A stretch of 64,000 nt of DNA from Raillietiella orientalis (lineage: Eukaryota). Shown piece after piece: positions 33,939 to 46,600 of the stretch. Below the pieces are notes generated by a model. The model ran no database searches. It saw nothing but the letters and a program-made list of their open reading frames with translations, and was not told the DNA's origin. The DNA is taken from contig JAYWIR010000139.1 of the NCBI GenBank assembly GCA_036172245.1, positions 1 to 64,000 of the forward strand. Direction: 5' to 3'. Position numbers and translations under genes: made by a program. Position 1 is the stretch's first letter. Every line of letters begins with the position of its first letter.

Positions 33939-36900
33939 TCACTGGTCGCTGTGATGAGGGCCCATCCGTCGAACGAAGCCCTCGAGGTCAGTCTGCATAT
34001 TTTCCAGTTGGAGCCATCCGGCAGCTCTTTGCAAGAAGCGTTGGGCATACGGGATGAAATCCCTCGCCTGTGGACCCACTCCTTCGTTGTTGGCGTCGCT
34101 CCATGCCGCCACGATGCCACGGACGCAGCATAAGGCTGCGATGGATGCGGCGGGCTGCAGTGTGTCCTTCACGAAGAGGGGCCGAAGAACCTCTCTGGGA
34201 GTGCTGCCCGTAGGGAGCCCGAGGGTCGTCCCAAACCGTTCCCAAAGGGGTCGGAGGGCTGCACACTCCGCAATAAGGTGGGGAAGCGAATCCCACTCCT
34301 CGCACCTGGCACACGCAGGATCCACAGCTCCCCTCGTCCAGTGGAAGCGGCGCGCGTTGCAGGGTAGACCCCAGTGCAACAGGAGCAACGCCGAATCTTG
34401 CCACTTGAGGGGCAGGATCCTGGATTCTTTCATCATCGGGGGCCACTTAGCTCATCCCTGGGGATGGCGAGCAGCTCACCTAATCTTAATAACCCTAGCG
34501 GCTGGACGCTCAGAATCGTTGCGTCGGCCAGTTCTTCTGTTTTCCAGACGCTAATCAACTTCTCCCGTCCTTCGATGCAGCAGGAGACTTGCCACCTCGG
34601 CGTCCGGCTGCTGTGAAGTGCCCTCCTCAGGAAGGGCAGCGCCGTAGCTAGGCAGGTTGTCTGTGCCCACCTGCATCTTGTTGGACTCTCCAAAAGATTC
34701 CGCAACGTGCAGCGTGCGTAGGGGCTGCATCGGAGACGATTCCACGTCTCCTGGTTTCTCTGGTTAACCACTGCCCACGTTCCAATATTCTCCCAAAGCC
34801 AGGCGGGGGAGTTGGCGGGGCAGCAAACCATCCAGCTGTTCTCCTTGGCCAATGTTGCCATGCGCCCGAGCAGAAGGCCGCATCTTCGCATCTTCCGGCC
34901 ACGGCTCAGAAGAAAAGACGCGAGTCCATCGCACCGGGACACACGGCTGGCCAAGAGGAGCGCCGGAGTGCACCAAGGGGTGCTCCACATCTTCGCTGCG
35001 ATGGCCAGGCTTCGCCACCGCAGCTGCTTCTCCACGCGCTCCAGCGTCAGGAGGCCAAGACCGCCGTCCCGACGCGGAGCGCACAAGTCCTTCAGTGGGA
35101 CTCGGGGCCTCCCCTTGCCCCAAAGGGCGATACGGAGGAGGTCCTTCGTCCTCTTCTTGGATTCCACGGTGGGGGGAAAAACAAAAAGCAAGGGGCGGAG
35201 GATGGGGGCCGCGAAAGCGTTCCAAACCGCGGCCTGTTCCGGCAAGTGAAACTTGCCTTCCAGGAACGGGCCGATCGCCGTTTCGACTTTTTGGAGGCAG
35301 CTGGACCACGCTTCAGCAGAGGAGTAGTCCGTCAACGGCACACCAAGGTTCTTGAAGCACCTCGCCGTGGGGATCCCCAGACGGACCCAGTCCCGCTGCC
35401 CTGCCAACGCCGCATTTATTAGCACAACCGACGACTTCGCCCTGTTAACCTGCAGTCCGGTCCCGCGGCTGAGGAGCTCGAAGAAGTCTGCAACCGCCTT
35501 CGCCTGCGTGGACATTGGCAACAACAGCAGAAGATCGTCGGCGTACGCTGCTACGGCGGGCGTGCCGGGGCACGAGCTCGGTAATGGGGCCAAAGTCACC
35601 CTGTACGCTCTCAGCACCAACTCAAAGTAGGTGCTGAAGAGCAGGGGGCTGAGGCTATCTCCCTGCCTTATGCCCCGTCGCACCGGCACGCCATGCACCT
35701 TGTGACCGCTGAAAGAGACGGTAATTGTCGCATTCCGACAGCAAGAGCGCAGGTAGGAATTCAGGGAGGGTGGAAAGCCTATGCGACCAAGGAGCTCCAA
35801 AAGGAGTTCCTGGTCTACACAGTCGAACGCCCTGTGGAGATCGACTGAGAGCGCTAGGGTTCCCTTCCCCGCCCGGGGTTCCCTTCCCATCCCGGCTGGC
35901 GTCCTTAATGTGGGGTTGCCGACTTTCCCTATCCCTTTCTTTTCTCTTCTTTGCAGGTGCACCCATGTGCTTGCGAAGAAGAGGTTGGCATCCATACTTC
36001 GCCCGGGAACAGCATAAGTCTGCTCCAAGCTAATTACGGATTCTGCCACGTGCCTCAGACGCGAAGCCCATAGCCCTGCGATCAACTTGGCGTCCCTATT
36101 CACTATCGTGATCGGACGCCAGTTCCTTAAATCCCTCAGGTCTCCCCCTTTCGGAACGAGCCTCACTCTGGCTGACCTAAACGAGGATGGAACATCGCTT
36201 TCGTCTCGGGTCAGCCTGATCAAGTTAAGCAGCAGGGGTGCCAGCTCTTCCGCGAAGCTCTGAAAGAACTCCCCGGGCAAGCCGACTTAACCTGGAGCTT
36301 TACGCTTCTTGAGCCTTTTGACACCGGCGAGAATTTCGCCGGTGGTAAAAGTCTCGTCGAGTCTTTCCATCTGCTCTACCCCTATTGCCGGGGCGCCATC
36401 CGGAAACAAGCGCCCTGAGGCGTTTCGATCCGGGGGCTCCCTGGCGTAAAAAAAAGAATAAAAACTTCGCAAGAGATGCCGTACCGACGCCGGGGACGAA
36501 AATTCCCGGCTCTGGTCGTCCAGCAAGCTGGCCGACCCGGAGTGCCTGGCTTGGCGTTCGGCCCCGGCGCGGTACTCGGCCAGGCAACGGACATTAGGGG
36601 TTCACTCGTACCTACGAGCCTGTAAATAGGCCCGATGGTTGCGAACACCCATGCCGAATCCGGGGGGCAGGCGATCCAGAGGGAACTGCTCAAAGAACTC
36701 GCGGACCGATTCCTTAAAAAGGTCCCAGTCCTAGAGATTCCGGAGCGTGACGACTCTCATTTTTCCGCGAAGGAGTTCCATCGCACCTGAGAGTCGCGTC
36801 CGGTCCCCCGGCAGACGCTAATCCCTGAATGGCGGTCCTTTGTCTCGAGGGCGCATCTCGAAAATTAACCTGGAATGGTCCGACAACGTCGACGCAACCC

Positions 36901-37074
36901 TCCCTCGTTTGCCGACCCGTGAACACAGGGAAGCGTCGACGAAGACGTGGTCGATGCTGCGGACCATTCCCCTCTCACTTGCGAACAAGTTGCGCGCACG
37001 CATGGCGGCGCACAACTCGTTCATCGTGTTCTCTTGTGTTTCTGGCTCGCCTGTTAGCAGACGGAGATTGGAAT
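33939..37074 (-). pseudogene. E1 ORF2, 3' part (APE C-terminus, RT, zinc finger); the RT core is open over 34433-36280
   Basis: Motifs WRPITIVNRDAK, DLHRAFD, QGDSLSP, YADD and CARCEEWDSLPHLIAEC. Confidence 0.88.
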
Positions 37075-40000
37075 TTATCACTTGGTCACGCCGGGGCGTT
37101 TATTAATAATAATAAACTGGTCAGGGACAATGTCCCCAACCAACAGAACGACAGAGAACATAGAAAAATTACCGGCACGCAGGCCTGGTAAACAAACCGC
37201 TCGCAGCGTGGGGGGAATGAGGGGAAACAAACAAAAATCAAAAACTGGAGGAAAGGGAAAAGGGTTTTTGGTTAGGCTCCGTACTCACGGGGATTTAAAC
37301 GATGAGCACCTCAAATGTTCCGGAGCCTATGGGGACGCGGGTGTAAAAAGAAAATACAAAATTAGTTTATGGAGGGTAGGACAATGATCACCGGGTTGGC
37401 CGCTGCTGAGGGTGTGTAAACCGGCGGTGTATTGCGGCGAGATTCCTTTTTGTCTCCTCTGTCAAATGAGGCCATCTAGCGGATGCTCCCATGTAGAAGA
37501 ATGCTTTGCTGATTACCTCTTGGTGCTGTCCGTTGATTACCAACGCCTGGCGGACAAAAACTATAGCGCGTATGCAACCGATGGTTGCAATCCTTGCGCT
37601 TAGTGACAGCCCGCTCGGCGTAAAGAATCGTCGCAGCAAGTCTCTTGCGGTGTCCACGGGATGCATTAGTGCTGTTGTCAGCATACGCCGCAGTCCTTGT
37701 AGGACACCGCTGTCCAGAAGTAGGTGCGGAATCGACTCCGTCGATCCGCACCGAACGCAGTTCGCAGAGGCAAGTCCCCCGTAGTCGCGATGCCAACGCT
37801 CGTTGCACTGAAAACCGCAGTGAACAAAAAGCAGCACGGCTTGTTTCCAAGCAAGGGGGAGCAGCGAACTGTCAATACACTGTGGAGGGACTACAAGTTC
37901 TTCGGGGGTGAAAGCAAGTTCTTCTGCCCACCGGAGGAGTCCCTTTGCAGTAACACGAAGAGTGGCGGCGTCCGCCAACTCACTCGTCTTCCAGGCGCCA
38001 AGGATTTTGGTTTTTCCCGCTATCGTTTAGGGAACCTCCCACCTCGCCGGTTGATAACTGCCGTTTCTTGCCCTGAGGGCAGACAGCGCTGCGGCAAGAG
38101 GAGTGGCAGCCAGGGTAGAAAACTTCACCTCGTCCTGCAGTACTTCTTCCAAGGATCGTGGAAAAAATTGACGCAGGGGGCGAAGATCTTCAGGGCGTAT
38201 TCCTTGGAACGCCGCCCAGGATTCAACAGACTACTGCCGCCAAGCTTCAAAGTTCATTGGGCGGCAGGAGGTCCACGAATGAGCTTCCAGAAGTGCGGTC
38301 AACTGCCGCAATGGAAACCCGAATCCCCGCTTCCTGTATTGAGTGCCCGGCAAAAGCGAGAGAAATCCTCCGCTGCCGGCGCATCTCCGAAAGAGAATGC
38401 GGGCTGGCACACACAGGGGGGATGTCCATAGCTGGGCACATTGCCAGCAGTCGGAACTGCACCTGCAGTCCGATTCGCTCCATTGTCAAGATACCCAAAC
38501 CAGCATCCCGACGCGGAGCTAACAAATCTTTAAGGCGGATCCTGGATCTCGCCGGACCCCAGAGAGCGTTCCTGAGCAGGCGTTTAGCCCGCTGTTTTGC
38601 CGCATAGGGGGGGTCCAAAACAAAAAACAGGGGACGGAGGAGCGGGGCCACAAAGGTGTTCCCAATAGTCGCCCGTTCCTGCAAGGTAAACTTGCCGTTA
38701 AAGAACGGGCTGATGGCCAACTCTGCTTTCTGAAGACAGTCCGCCCACGCTTCGGCTGCGCCGAAAGCGCCCAACGGAATGCCAAGGTACTTAAAGTACC
38801 CGCCCGTGGGGATCCCCAGGCGGATCCAGTCGGGCTGCCCCTCCCACGACGTACCCACAGGAACGACCACGCTCTTCTATCTGGTCGCGCTCACTCCCGC
38901 TCCCCGACGAATCAGGTCGAAGAAATCCTCGACACTGGACGCCGGGGTGGACATGGGGAGCAGAAGAAGCAGGTCATCAGCGTAGGCGGCCACGGCAGGC
39001 GTTCCCGGGCAGGAGCTTGGCAAGTAAGACAGCGTCAGCCTGTATGCTCTTAGCACCAACTCAAAGAAGATGCTGAAGAGCAACGGGCTTAAGGTGTCGC
39101 CCTGTCGGATGCCCCTACGAACGGGAATACCATACACGCGGCAGCCGCTGAAAGAAATGCAGGTTAGCGCGTGGCGCCAGCACGCGCGCAAATACAGCAG
39201 CAGTTGCGCCGGGAACCCAAGGTGTTCCATAAGCACCAAAAGCAGCTTCTGGTTTACGCAGTCCAACGCCTTGTGGAGATCGACCGCGACCGCCAAGGCA
39301 CATGGCGTTCCCTCCTGCCGTCGGCGCCTGTTCTTCTAGCCATCGGCAGTGACTTTCGCAGCAGGCTGGCTTTGCTGCGTTACAACTTCCTACAGCTGCA
39401 TCCATGTACGCGCGAAAAGGATGTTCGCCTCCATGGATCGTCCCGGAACCGCGTAGGTTTGTTCCGGGCTCACCACAGATTCCGCGATACTACCTAACCG
39501 CGCGACCCACAGCTTGGAAAACAACTTGACGTCCGAGTTCACCAAGGTGATCGGACGCCAGTTGTTAAGTTGACGCAAGTCTCCGCCTTTCGGCAGGAGA
39601 CGCACCTTCGCTGAGCGGAAGGAATCCGGGACAGTCCCGGATTCACTCATCAGCGTCGCGAGTCTCAGCATCAAGGGAATGAGCTCCACTGCAAAGCACT
39701 GATCAAACTCTGCAGGGAGCCCATCCTCGCCTGGCGCCTTTCGTCTCTTCAGCCCAGCGATGGCGGACTAAAATTCATCCGCCGTGAAGGGCTCGTTCAG
39801 ACGTTCGCGTTCCTCCTCGCCGACAACACCAGCATCCTGAGACAGGAGTATCTCAGAGAGAATATCCTCCGTCGGGGATTCCGCGTAAAGCGAGGAGTAG
39901 TAGAGTCTCACAATGCGGCGTACTTCGGCTGGGGCCGAACATTCCTGGTCCTTGTCGTCGAACAGGAATGCTGCTCCGGACTGCCAGACCTGGCGCTCGG

Positions 40001-42974
40001 CTCTCGCCTTGTACTCCGCGAGACGCCCGACATCCGCGCGTCTCGAAAACGTGCGGGCCTGCAGAAAGTCTCTGCTGTTGGCCACGCCCTCTCCGAAACC
40101 GCGTGGAAGCCGGTGCAAGGGGAATTGGCAGCAGAACTCGCGGACAGATCTTTTCAGATCGTCCCAGTCCGCAAGTTCTTGAATGGCAAAGCCTCGGAGG
40201 TATCCACGTAGATGCTCCGCAGCCTCCGGTTGGCTATGCCAATCCACCTGTATCCTCCAGTTTTGCAACGGAGGCCCCCTGCCTGGCGGAAGGATCCCAA
40301 ACTCCAACCTGTGGTGGTCGGAAAGCCTAGTCAACAATCTTCCTCTGCTACCCACACGCGAATGCAGGTTTCCATCGAGGAAAACGTGATCGAGAGATCT
40401 TTCCATTCCAGGTTCGCTGACCATCAAGTTGGCGGCGTGCACGGACGCGCACATCTCGATGGGCAGCGCGCGCTCCCTCGGGCGGCTCCAATCGTCGGAG
40501 AGCAGGCGGACGTTGAAGTCCCCAGCGACGAAGTGCGCCACTTGGAAGCCGGAGTTGTTGAGCCACTTGCTCTGCACCTCACCAAAGAAAGCTACTCTTT
40601 CTTCGAGGTAGCGAGAGCCACTCGGCGCGTAGACGTTCGTAACGACGAGATCGATGGACTCGGACCACTTGATGACAAGCTGGCCTATCCGTCGGTCGTC
40701 ATCGAAACGAACACTACGCACCGCTTCCGCCATTTTCCCTCTTACGAGGAACGCGACGTTGCACGTGTGTGCGCCGCCGCACCACCAATGTAGCGTTCCG
40801 CTTGCGCGCTCCTCGATTTCGGCTGCCTGCTCGTCGGAGATTACGTGAATCTCCTGCAGCAGCGCGAGGTCGAAGGGGCGCACTGCGTTGGCTACTAATC
40901 GCCTCTTGTCGTCGTTCTGTAGTCCGTTCACGTTCCAACACGTTACGAACAGACGACGAGAAGACGCGATTCTCCGCATTACTGAAGGTAGCGGCTTTTT
41001 GCTCGCTTTATCCGGCGAGCAGACGGAGAGCAGCACGACTGGCTGGAGGGGACGGTCGCCACCGTCCTCTGTCGTGCTGCATGCATGTAATGCTTCCACG
41101 CCAGGCTGAACCCCGTCGGGTTTCGTGGAGACTTCGCGTTGCTTCGCGGCGAGCGTTGCCTGGCTGCCTACTTTTGATCGGCGCGCACACGCTTTTGAAC
41201 GAGTTGTCCTCGTCTCGGTGATCGGAACGGCATCCATTTTGGAGTCCGACCGGCGCATGTTCGATCGGGTTTCGGCCTTCCGCGAAGTAGTGACAGGTTC
41301 TGCTGGATTGACTGCTGTCCTGTTGTCTTTTTCCGTCTCCTGAGCATCGCTTTTGGTGACGGCTACTTTCCCGGCGCGCGCGTTTTCAGCGTGCTCACGC
41401 GCAGTTGCACGAGGGACCTTTGCTGAAGTCTTCTTTACTTCATTACGGTTCCTCACTTCGCGTGGCGCCGTAAATGGAGATTGTGCTCCATTGCCATCTT
41501 TGAAGCCATCCGCGTCTTTGGACGGGAGCACTTTCGATGGCTCCGACACGCTCGTCATGGACGCTGCTTTCGGAAGGGCTTTTAATCCCTTCGTTGGCAT
41601 GGCATCCGCGCCTGTCGAGAGCTTGCTCTCCGACTGCGACGGCGTGAGATTTTTCTCCGCTTTCGCGGTGTTGGATCGCGACGCGGATTTTTTTTTGCCG
41701 ACTTTCGAAGTCGACACGGCACAACCCTTCTTACCCGATTTGGGCTTTTCAGCCACTGCAGGAGGTACAGGAATGGATCTGACGGTCCTGGAAGTGTCCT
41801 TACCGCCGTTGTCCATTGGCGTCCCCGCCGGTTGCTCGAACTCCGAGAGAGCCGGGCGTGCTTGGGAAGGACAGCTATTGCGCCTAGGGGGACTTACCAT
41901 TGCCCCGGATTCCCCGCGCCCTTTCTTTTGCGGCTCCCCTGCCGCGAGAGGGGGTGCGCAGGGCTTCGCGTGCGAGGTTTCCTGCTGCTTTGGGGCGACA
42001 TTCCGCCTCGCGTTTTTACCGAATTTCTGCCGTGGGGTCTCTGGGTTTTTCGCAGATTTTTTTTTTTTATCCGCGCTTCGTTTTTTAAGACGGAGCTCCG
42101 CGGCTGCCTTTTTTCGCAAAAGATCCGGGCAATTTTTCAATTGGTGCCCGGATAGTTTGCAATAACGGCATTTTCCAGAGGGGCATTTATCCAAACAATG
42201 CCCCTCCTTCCCGCATTGCTCGCACGTTCTTACTTTGCCCACGAACCACAGGTGAACGACCGTGTCTTTCACTTGTAGTTTGGTGGGCAGCAGACGGCGG
42301 TCCGGCATTGTAAGCCGGACTCCAGCGACTCCGCTGTGTATGGACGGGAAGTCCTTGAGGCTGCTACGCACTTTCCACAGCGCATGGACCGTGGCGAATT
42401 TCGCCAACGCGTTCCGAATGTCAATATCGGAGATTTCCGACTCGATGTCGAAAATCTCCGCCACAAATGAGTCGTCCATGGCTGCCGGGAAGACCTTCTG
42501 GCCACGGATCGACAACGGGGTACGCAGCAAGCGTTGCACAAGTGCAGCGCCTTTGCAACGCACCTTGAAATAGCCCATGTCTTTTACGGGCATAATGGCG
42601 AGAAGGTCCTCCACCCGCACGCCAACACGGGTCAGTTCATCGTTGAACTGATTCCCGTCGCGCGCAGAAAGAAAGCCACTCACCTTATATCCGAGAGCAG
42701 GACTATAGCCTTGGGCTACGTATGCCTGCAACTCCTACTCGTCGAGTGATTTCCCTTTGACGGCTGCTGTGGCAGCAACGTCAGCAAAACTCCTCTCCAT
42801 TGGCGAGAAAGACGAAGTGGAGGCGGCCGTAGGTTCCGCGATGGCAGATCCGGATGCTGTTCCTTTAACTTCAGTAGCTTCAAGTTGGGTCGACATCGTC
42901 GTCAAAATGTACGACGCTAAGATCAAGCGGATGAAAGCACGGAGACGAGAGCGAAGAAAATCACGTCCGCACTC
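37075..42974 (-). mobile_element. Family C copy C1, full-length (about 5.9 kb), inserted sense at the GDFN codons of the E1 APE
   Basis: 5' end GAGTGCGGACGTG; 3' end AATAAACGCCCCGGCGTGACCAAGTGATAA. 9-bp TSD GATTGAAAT (42975-42983) and GATTGGAAT (37066-37074). The host reads HLIAGDFN|LRLL across the insert. Confidence 0.9.
37388..42896 (-). pseudogene. C1 coding region: ORF1 fused in frame to APE-RT, with four in-frame TAGs (42735, 39768, 39390, 38877) and later frameshifts
   Basis: The 987-aa ORF carries CEQCGKEGHCLDKC and CRYCKLSGHQLKNC, then CWNVNG, LQEIH, AGDFN and SDH. The downstream RT ORFs are in the same frame. Confidence 0.85.
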
Positions 42975-43534
42975 GATTGAAATCTCCGGCTATCAGGTGA
43001 GCCTTCCGCACGTTCGTGTCCGCCAGCCAGTCTAGCTTCAGGGATTCCAGCAGCCTGGTGCGATTGCTGTATCCCTGTTTCCCTCTGGGGGCGTACACAT
43101 TCGTGACGATCAATTCCATCGAGTTGGACCAGCTGAGAATCAGGCGACCGACCCGACCGTCGTCATCGAAGCGCACGCCCTTCACGGCAGCATGGATGGC
43201 CGGCTTCACGAAGAACGCGACCCCACAGGTGTTGCGGAGGCCTAACCGCCAATACAACCGACCCCCTGCGATTGTCTCGATCTCCTGGGCGTCTGTCGCG
43301 GTGATCACGTGGATCTCCTGCATCAGCGCCAGGTCGAGCTCACGCAGGGTGTCGGTCGTATCTCGCCTGTTACCGTGGTCGCGCAGCCCGTTGACGTTCC
43401 TACAGGCGGCGCGAATCCGACGGCGACTGGCGAGCCCAGGTGTTACTCCTGGGAAGATGGCGATGCGGCGTTTGCCACCTGTTGGGGCGGGACGCTAGGT
43501 GGAGGAGGAGGGTCAGGCGCTGCGTGCACCTGGT

Positions 43535-43690
43535 CCCCCTCCTCCATGGGTAACGGCGCATCGAGCGGGTCACCCTCAGGTAAGGTCGCGAATACCTGTT
43601 GGCCCTTCTCCATGGGGGCGAGCTGTTCAGGCTCGGCGACTGCAGGGAGGACTTCGCCCCTCTGATCACCCTTCTCCATGGGAGTGGCCG
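43535..43690 (-). repeat. Three degenerate units of about 66 bp encoding PMEKG/PMEEG in the E1 ORF1 tail
   Basis: CTCCATGGG recurs at about 43543, 43609 and 43675. Confidence 0.65.
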
Positions 43691-46600
43691 GCTTGACGGC
43701 TTCCGAGCGTGGGAGTTCCCCCTCCGGGATTCCCACGCTACCGCTAGCTTCCTGCTTCTCCTCCTCGCTGGTGGAGGGGAGGCGCCTCCTGGGTTTTTGG
43801 GACTTGCGTCCCGACTTCCTGGGAGTGCCTACGAGGAGCAGGATGCACTTCCGGCCCCCACGTCCGACTCACCTGTGGGGGCCTTTTTCGCGGGAGCCGC
43901 CCTTCGCACGTCCTTGCGTGAGGGGTTCTCACGGTCCGCCAGGGTGGCCGCGAGCTCCTCCGCCGCCTTTGCGAACGCGGCGTCCTCGGTGTCGACCGGC
44001 GCGTCGCACGGCTCACCCTCTGTTTGCACAGAGGGTTCGCCGTCGCGAACTTCGCGCGCGACGGAAACGGCGAGGGGAGGCTCGTCGCCCAGGGTGGCCT
44101 CTTCCGGAACGACGATACGTTTTAGTGCCTCCGCGCACACGCGTACGGTTTTCGAACGCGGCCCGGGTTTTTTTGCCTCACCGGCCGGCTTCTCTTTCTT
44201 CTTCTTTAAAGGAGCTTTTCTCTCTTTTCTGGCTGCTACAAGTTGCCAGCCATCTTCACCTTCCGCCTCTTGGGAAGGTTTATCCTCCGTCTTTTCTTTT
44301 GGAGGTTGACGATCTGGGAGCTTCAGCCGGCCAGCGTCCGCCATAGGTCTTGTGACCTTTAGTGTGCGTTTCCTCTGCGACTGTTTCGCGCCAGGAGGAA
44401 CCGGAATGAAGCGTTTTGGGCACACACGTCGAACGTGGCCCTTCTCCCCGCACATGTGGCATTGGATGTTAGGACACTTCTTGCGAAGGTGTCCTACGGT
44501 ATCGCAGTAGCCGCAATACCGGGGCTTTCCCACGTACCAGAGGTCCACGCTCTCTTGCGCGACCTCCAGCTTGTGGGGAAGCCCACAGTCCTTACTCACG
44601 GTTACCCGCGCTGCAGCCTGGCCTCCGAAATTGCTATTGAAGCCTTCAAAGATTGTTGCCTTAGTTCACAGCGCGTGCAGCTCGCCGAACTTTTGTAGTT
44701 TTTGTGCTACCGCAGAGCGAGTCATACAGCTCGTGATTCCAGTGAGATGGACCACCACGGAGCGGTCCATCGTCACCGGGAAGATCTTCGGCCGTCGACG
44801 TTCAAGAAGTTGGTGATCACAGTCTGAGATAAGGTGATCTCCTTGCACACCACCTCGACTCGCTGACCTCCGCTGAGAACGGACAAACCACCAAGATTTT
44901 GTTCCCTTACTCCGGCGTTTTACAGCGCTTTCGAAAACGCGCGTGACGTTTTTCCGTCAAATAAGGGGACTACCTGGTACACCAAGCTGGGCTTGTACCA
45001 AGCTGCTCGGTAGGCCGCCATCTCGGTTACGGTTTCCGCGTCCGGCGCGGCCACCATGGCGCTCCAGCTCCTCGCCTTGGGCGGCGAGGACGATTCCGGG
45101 GCGGACACCACTGATTCTGTAGGCTGTGGGGGTGGGCAAGCCTCTTCCACACCTACCTCCATCGTGGTGTCCTCAGGCATCGCTGCCATCGGACACCATC
45201 GATGTTCCACACCAAACAACACAAGAAAAAACCGCTTGCTGTCGACTCACTCGGGAGCAAAGGAAACACGCGTTCACTCGCCAAGGGTTTCGGCGAAGGG
45301 CCCGCAACGAACGCGCGTATTTGCACGCGCGTCGTCACGAGAGGAACCCCAATGTCCGTAGCCTGGCCGAATACTGCGCCGGAGCCGAGCGACAAGCCTG
45401 GCAAATCCGGGTCAGGCAGCATACTGGATGACCTGGGCCGAGATCGTTCGTCCCCGTCTGCGGTACGGAATCTCGTGCGGTGTTTTTAATCCTCCCTTTA
45501 CGCCAAAACACCACCCGAACAAGACGCCTCGCGGCGATTGCTCATGAGTGATTGCGTGGCCATAGAAGAGGAGCAGAGAGAAAGCCTCGATGAGCCTTTC
45601 TCGACCGGTGAAATTCCCGCCGGTATCAAAAGGCTCAAGAGGCGTAAGGCGCCAGGGGAGGACGGCTTGCCCGCAGAGTTCTTTCAGAGTTTCGCGGAAG
45701 AGCTGGCCCCCCTGGTGCTCGAGTTGACAAGGCGAATCCGAGACGAAGGCGATGTTCCCGCCTCGTTTTGGTCAGCCAGGCTGAGGCTCCTCCTGACGGG
45801 AGGAGACCTCAGGAAACTTTGCAACTGGCGTCCGATCACGATTCTGAACACCGACGCCAAGTTGATTGCCGGGCTGTGGGCGTCGCGATTGAAGCAAATG
45901 TCCAATTCTATAATTGGCCCGGAGCAGACTTACGCTGTTCCCAGCGAAGTATGGAGGACAACCTCTTCTTCGCGAGCACATGGATGCACGCGCAGCGGAG
46001 TAACAAAGAAGGGAAAGGGAAAATTTGCAACCTTACTTTGGGGTCGCCAGTGGGACAGGGTAGGGACCCTCATGCGGGAAAGGGGTCTTAGCGATCGCAG
46101 TCGACCTCCATAAGGCATTCGACTGTGTTGAACAGGAACTCCTCTTGGAGCTCCTGGGTCGCATGGGCTTCCCACCCTCCTTGATTACCTACCTGCGCTC
46201 TTGCTGGCGGAACGCGATGATCTCAATTACTTTCAGTGGACAAAAGGTGTATGGCGTGGCGGTGCGGCGAAGCATGAGGCAGGGCGACAGCCTCAGACCC
46301 CTGCTTTTTAGCACCTACGCTGCGTTGGTGCTGAGAGCGTACAGGGTGACTTTGGCCCCCTGTCCGAGCTCGTGCCCCGCACGCTAGCCGTAGCGGCGTA
46401 TGCCGACGATCTTCTGCTCTTCTTACCTATGTCCACCCCGGCGAAGGCGGTCGGAGATTTCTTCGACCTGCTTAGCCGTGGGGCCGGATTACAGGTTAAC
46501 AGGGCGGAGTCGTCAGTGGCGCCAGTTGGAGTGACGTGGACAGGGCAGCAGGACTGAGTCCGTCTGGGGATCCCCACGATGAGGTGCATCAAGTACCTCG

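Larger units (their letters stand above)
33735..45279 (-). mobile_element. Family E copy E1, full-length (own sequence 33735-37074 and 42975-45279), split by C1; decayed ORF1 (about 45189-43443) and ORF2 (about 43443-33939)
   Basis: 5' end GAGTGAACGCGTGTTTCC; 3' end AATAAACGCTTCGGGCGTACCCGGATGACAA. Degenerate TSD GCCCTGGGTATTCGGCG (33718-33734) and GCCAAGGGTTTCGGCG (45280-45295). Knuckles CGYCDTVGHLRKKC and CHMCGEKGHVRRVC. Confidence 0.87.

Noticed and set aside
33053..34057. 334-aa ORF as a novel gene
   Set aside because: It is a chance chimeric frame across the H1 3' UTR, the H2 APE fragment and the antisense E1 3' UTR.
41353..42165. Long antisense and alternative-frame ORFs here and throughout (e.g. 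8081-8905, 12870-13616, 43599-44346)
   Set aside because: These are shadow frames expected opposite GC-rich, low-complexity ORF1 sequence, with no recognisable domains.
37388..42896. Four in-frame TAG codons in C1 suggesting TAG/TAA reassignment to Gln, or readthrough
   Set aside because: Homologous codons differ (GAG at 38877, CAG at 39390), and the 1172-aa B2 ORF2 and 595-aa B1 ORF1 contain many Gln but no in-frame TAR. These are ordinary nonsense mutations.
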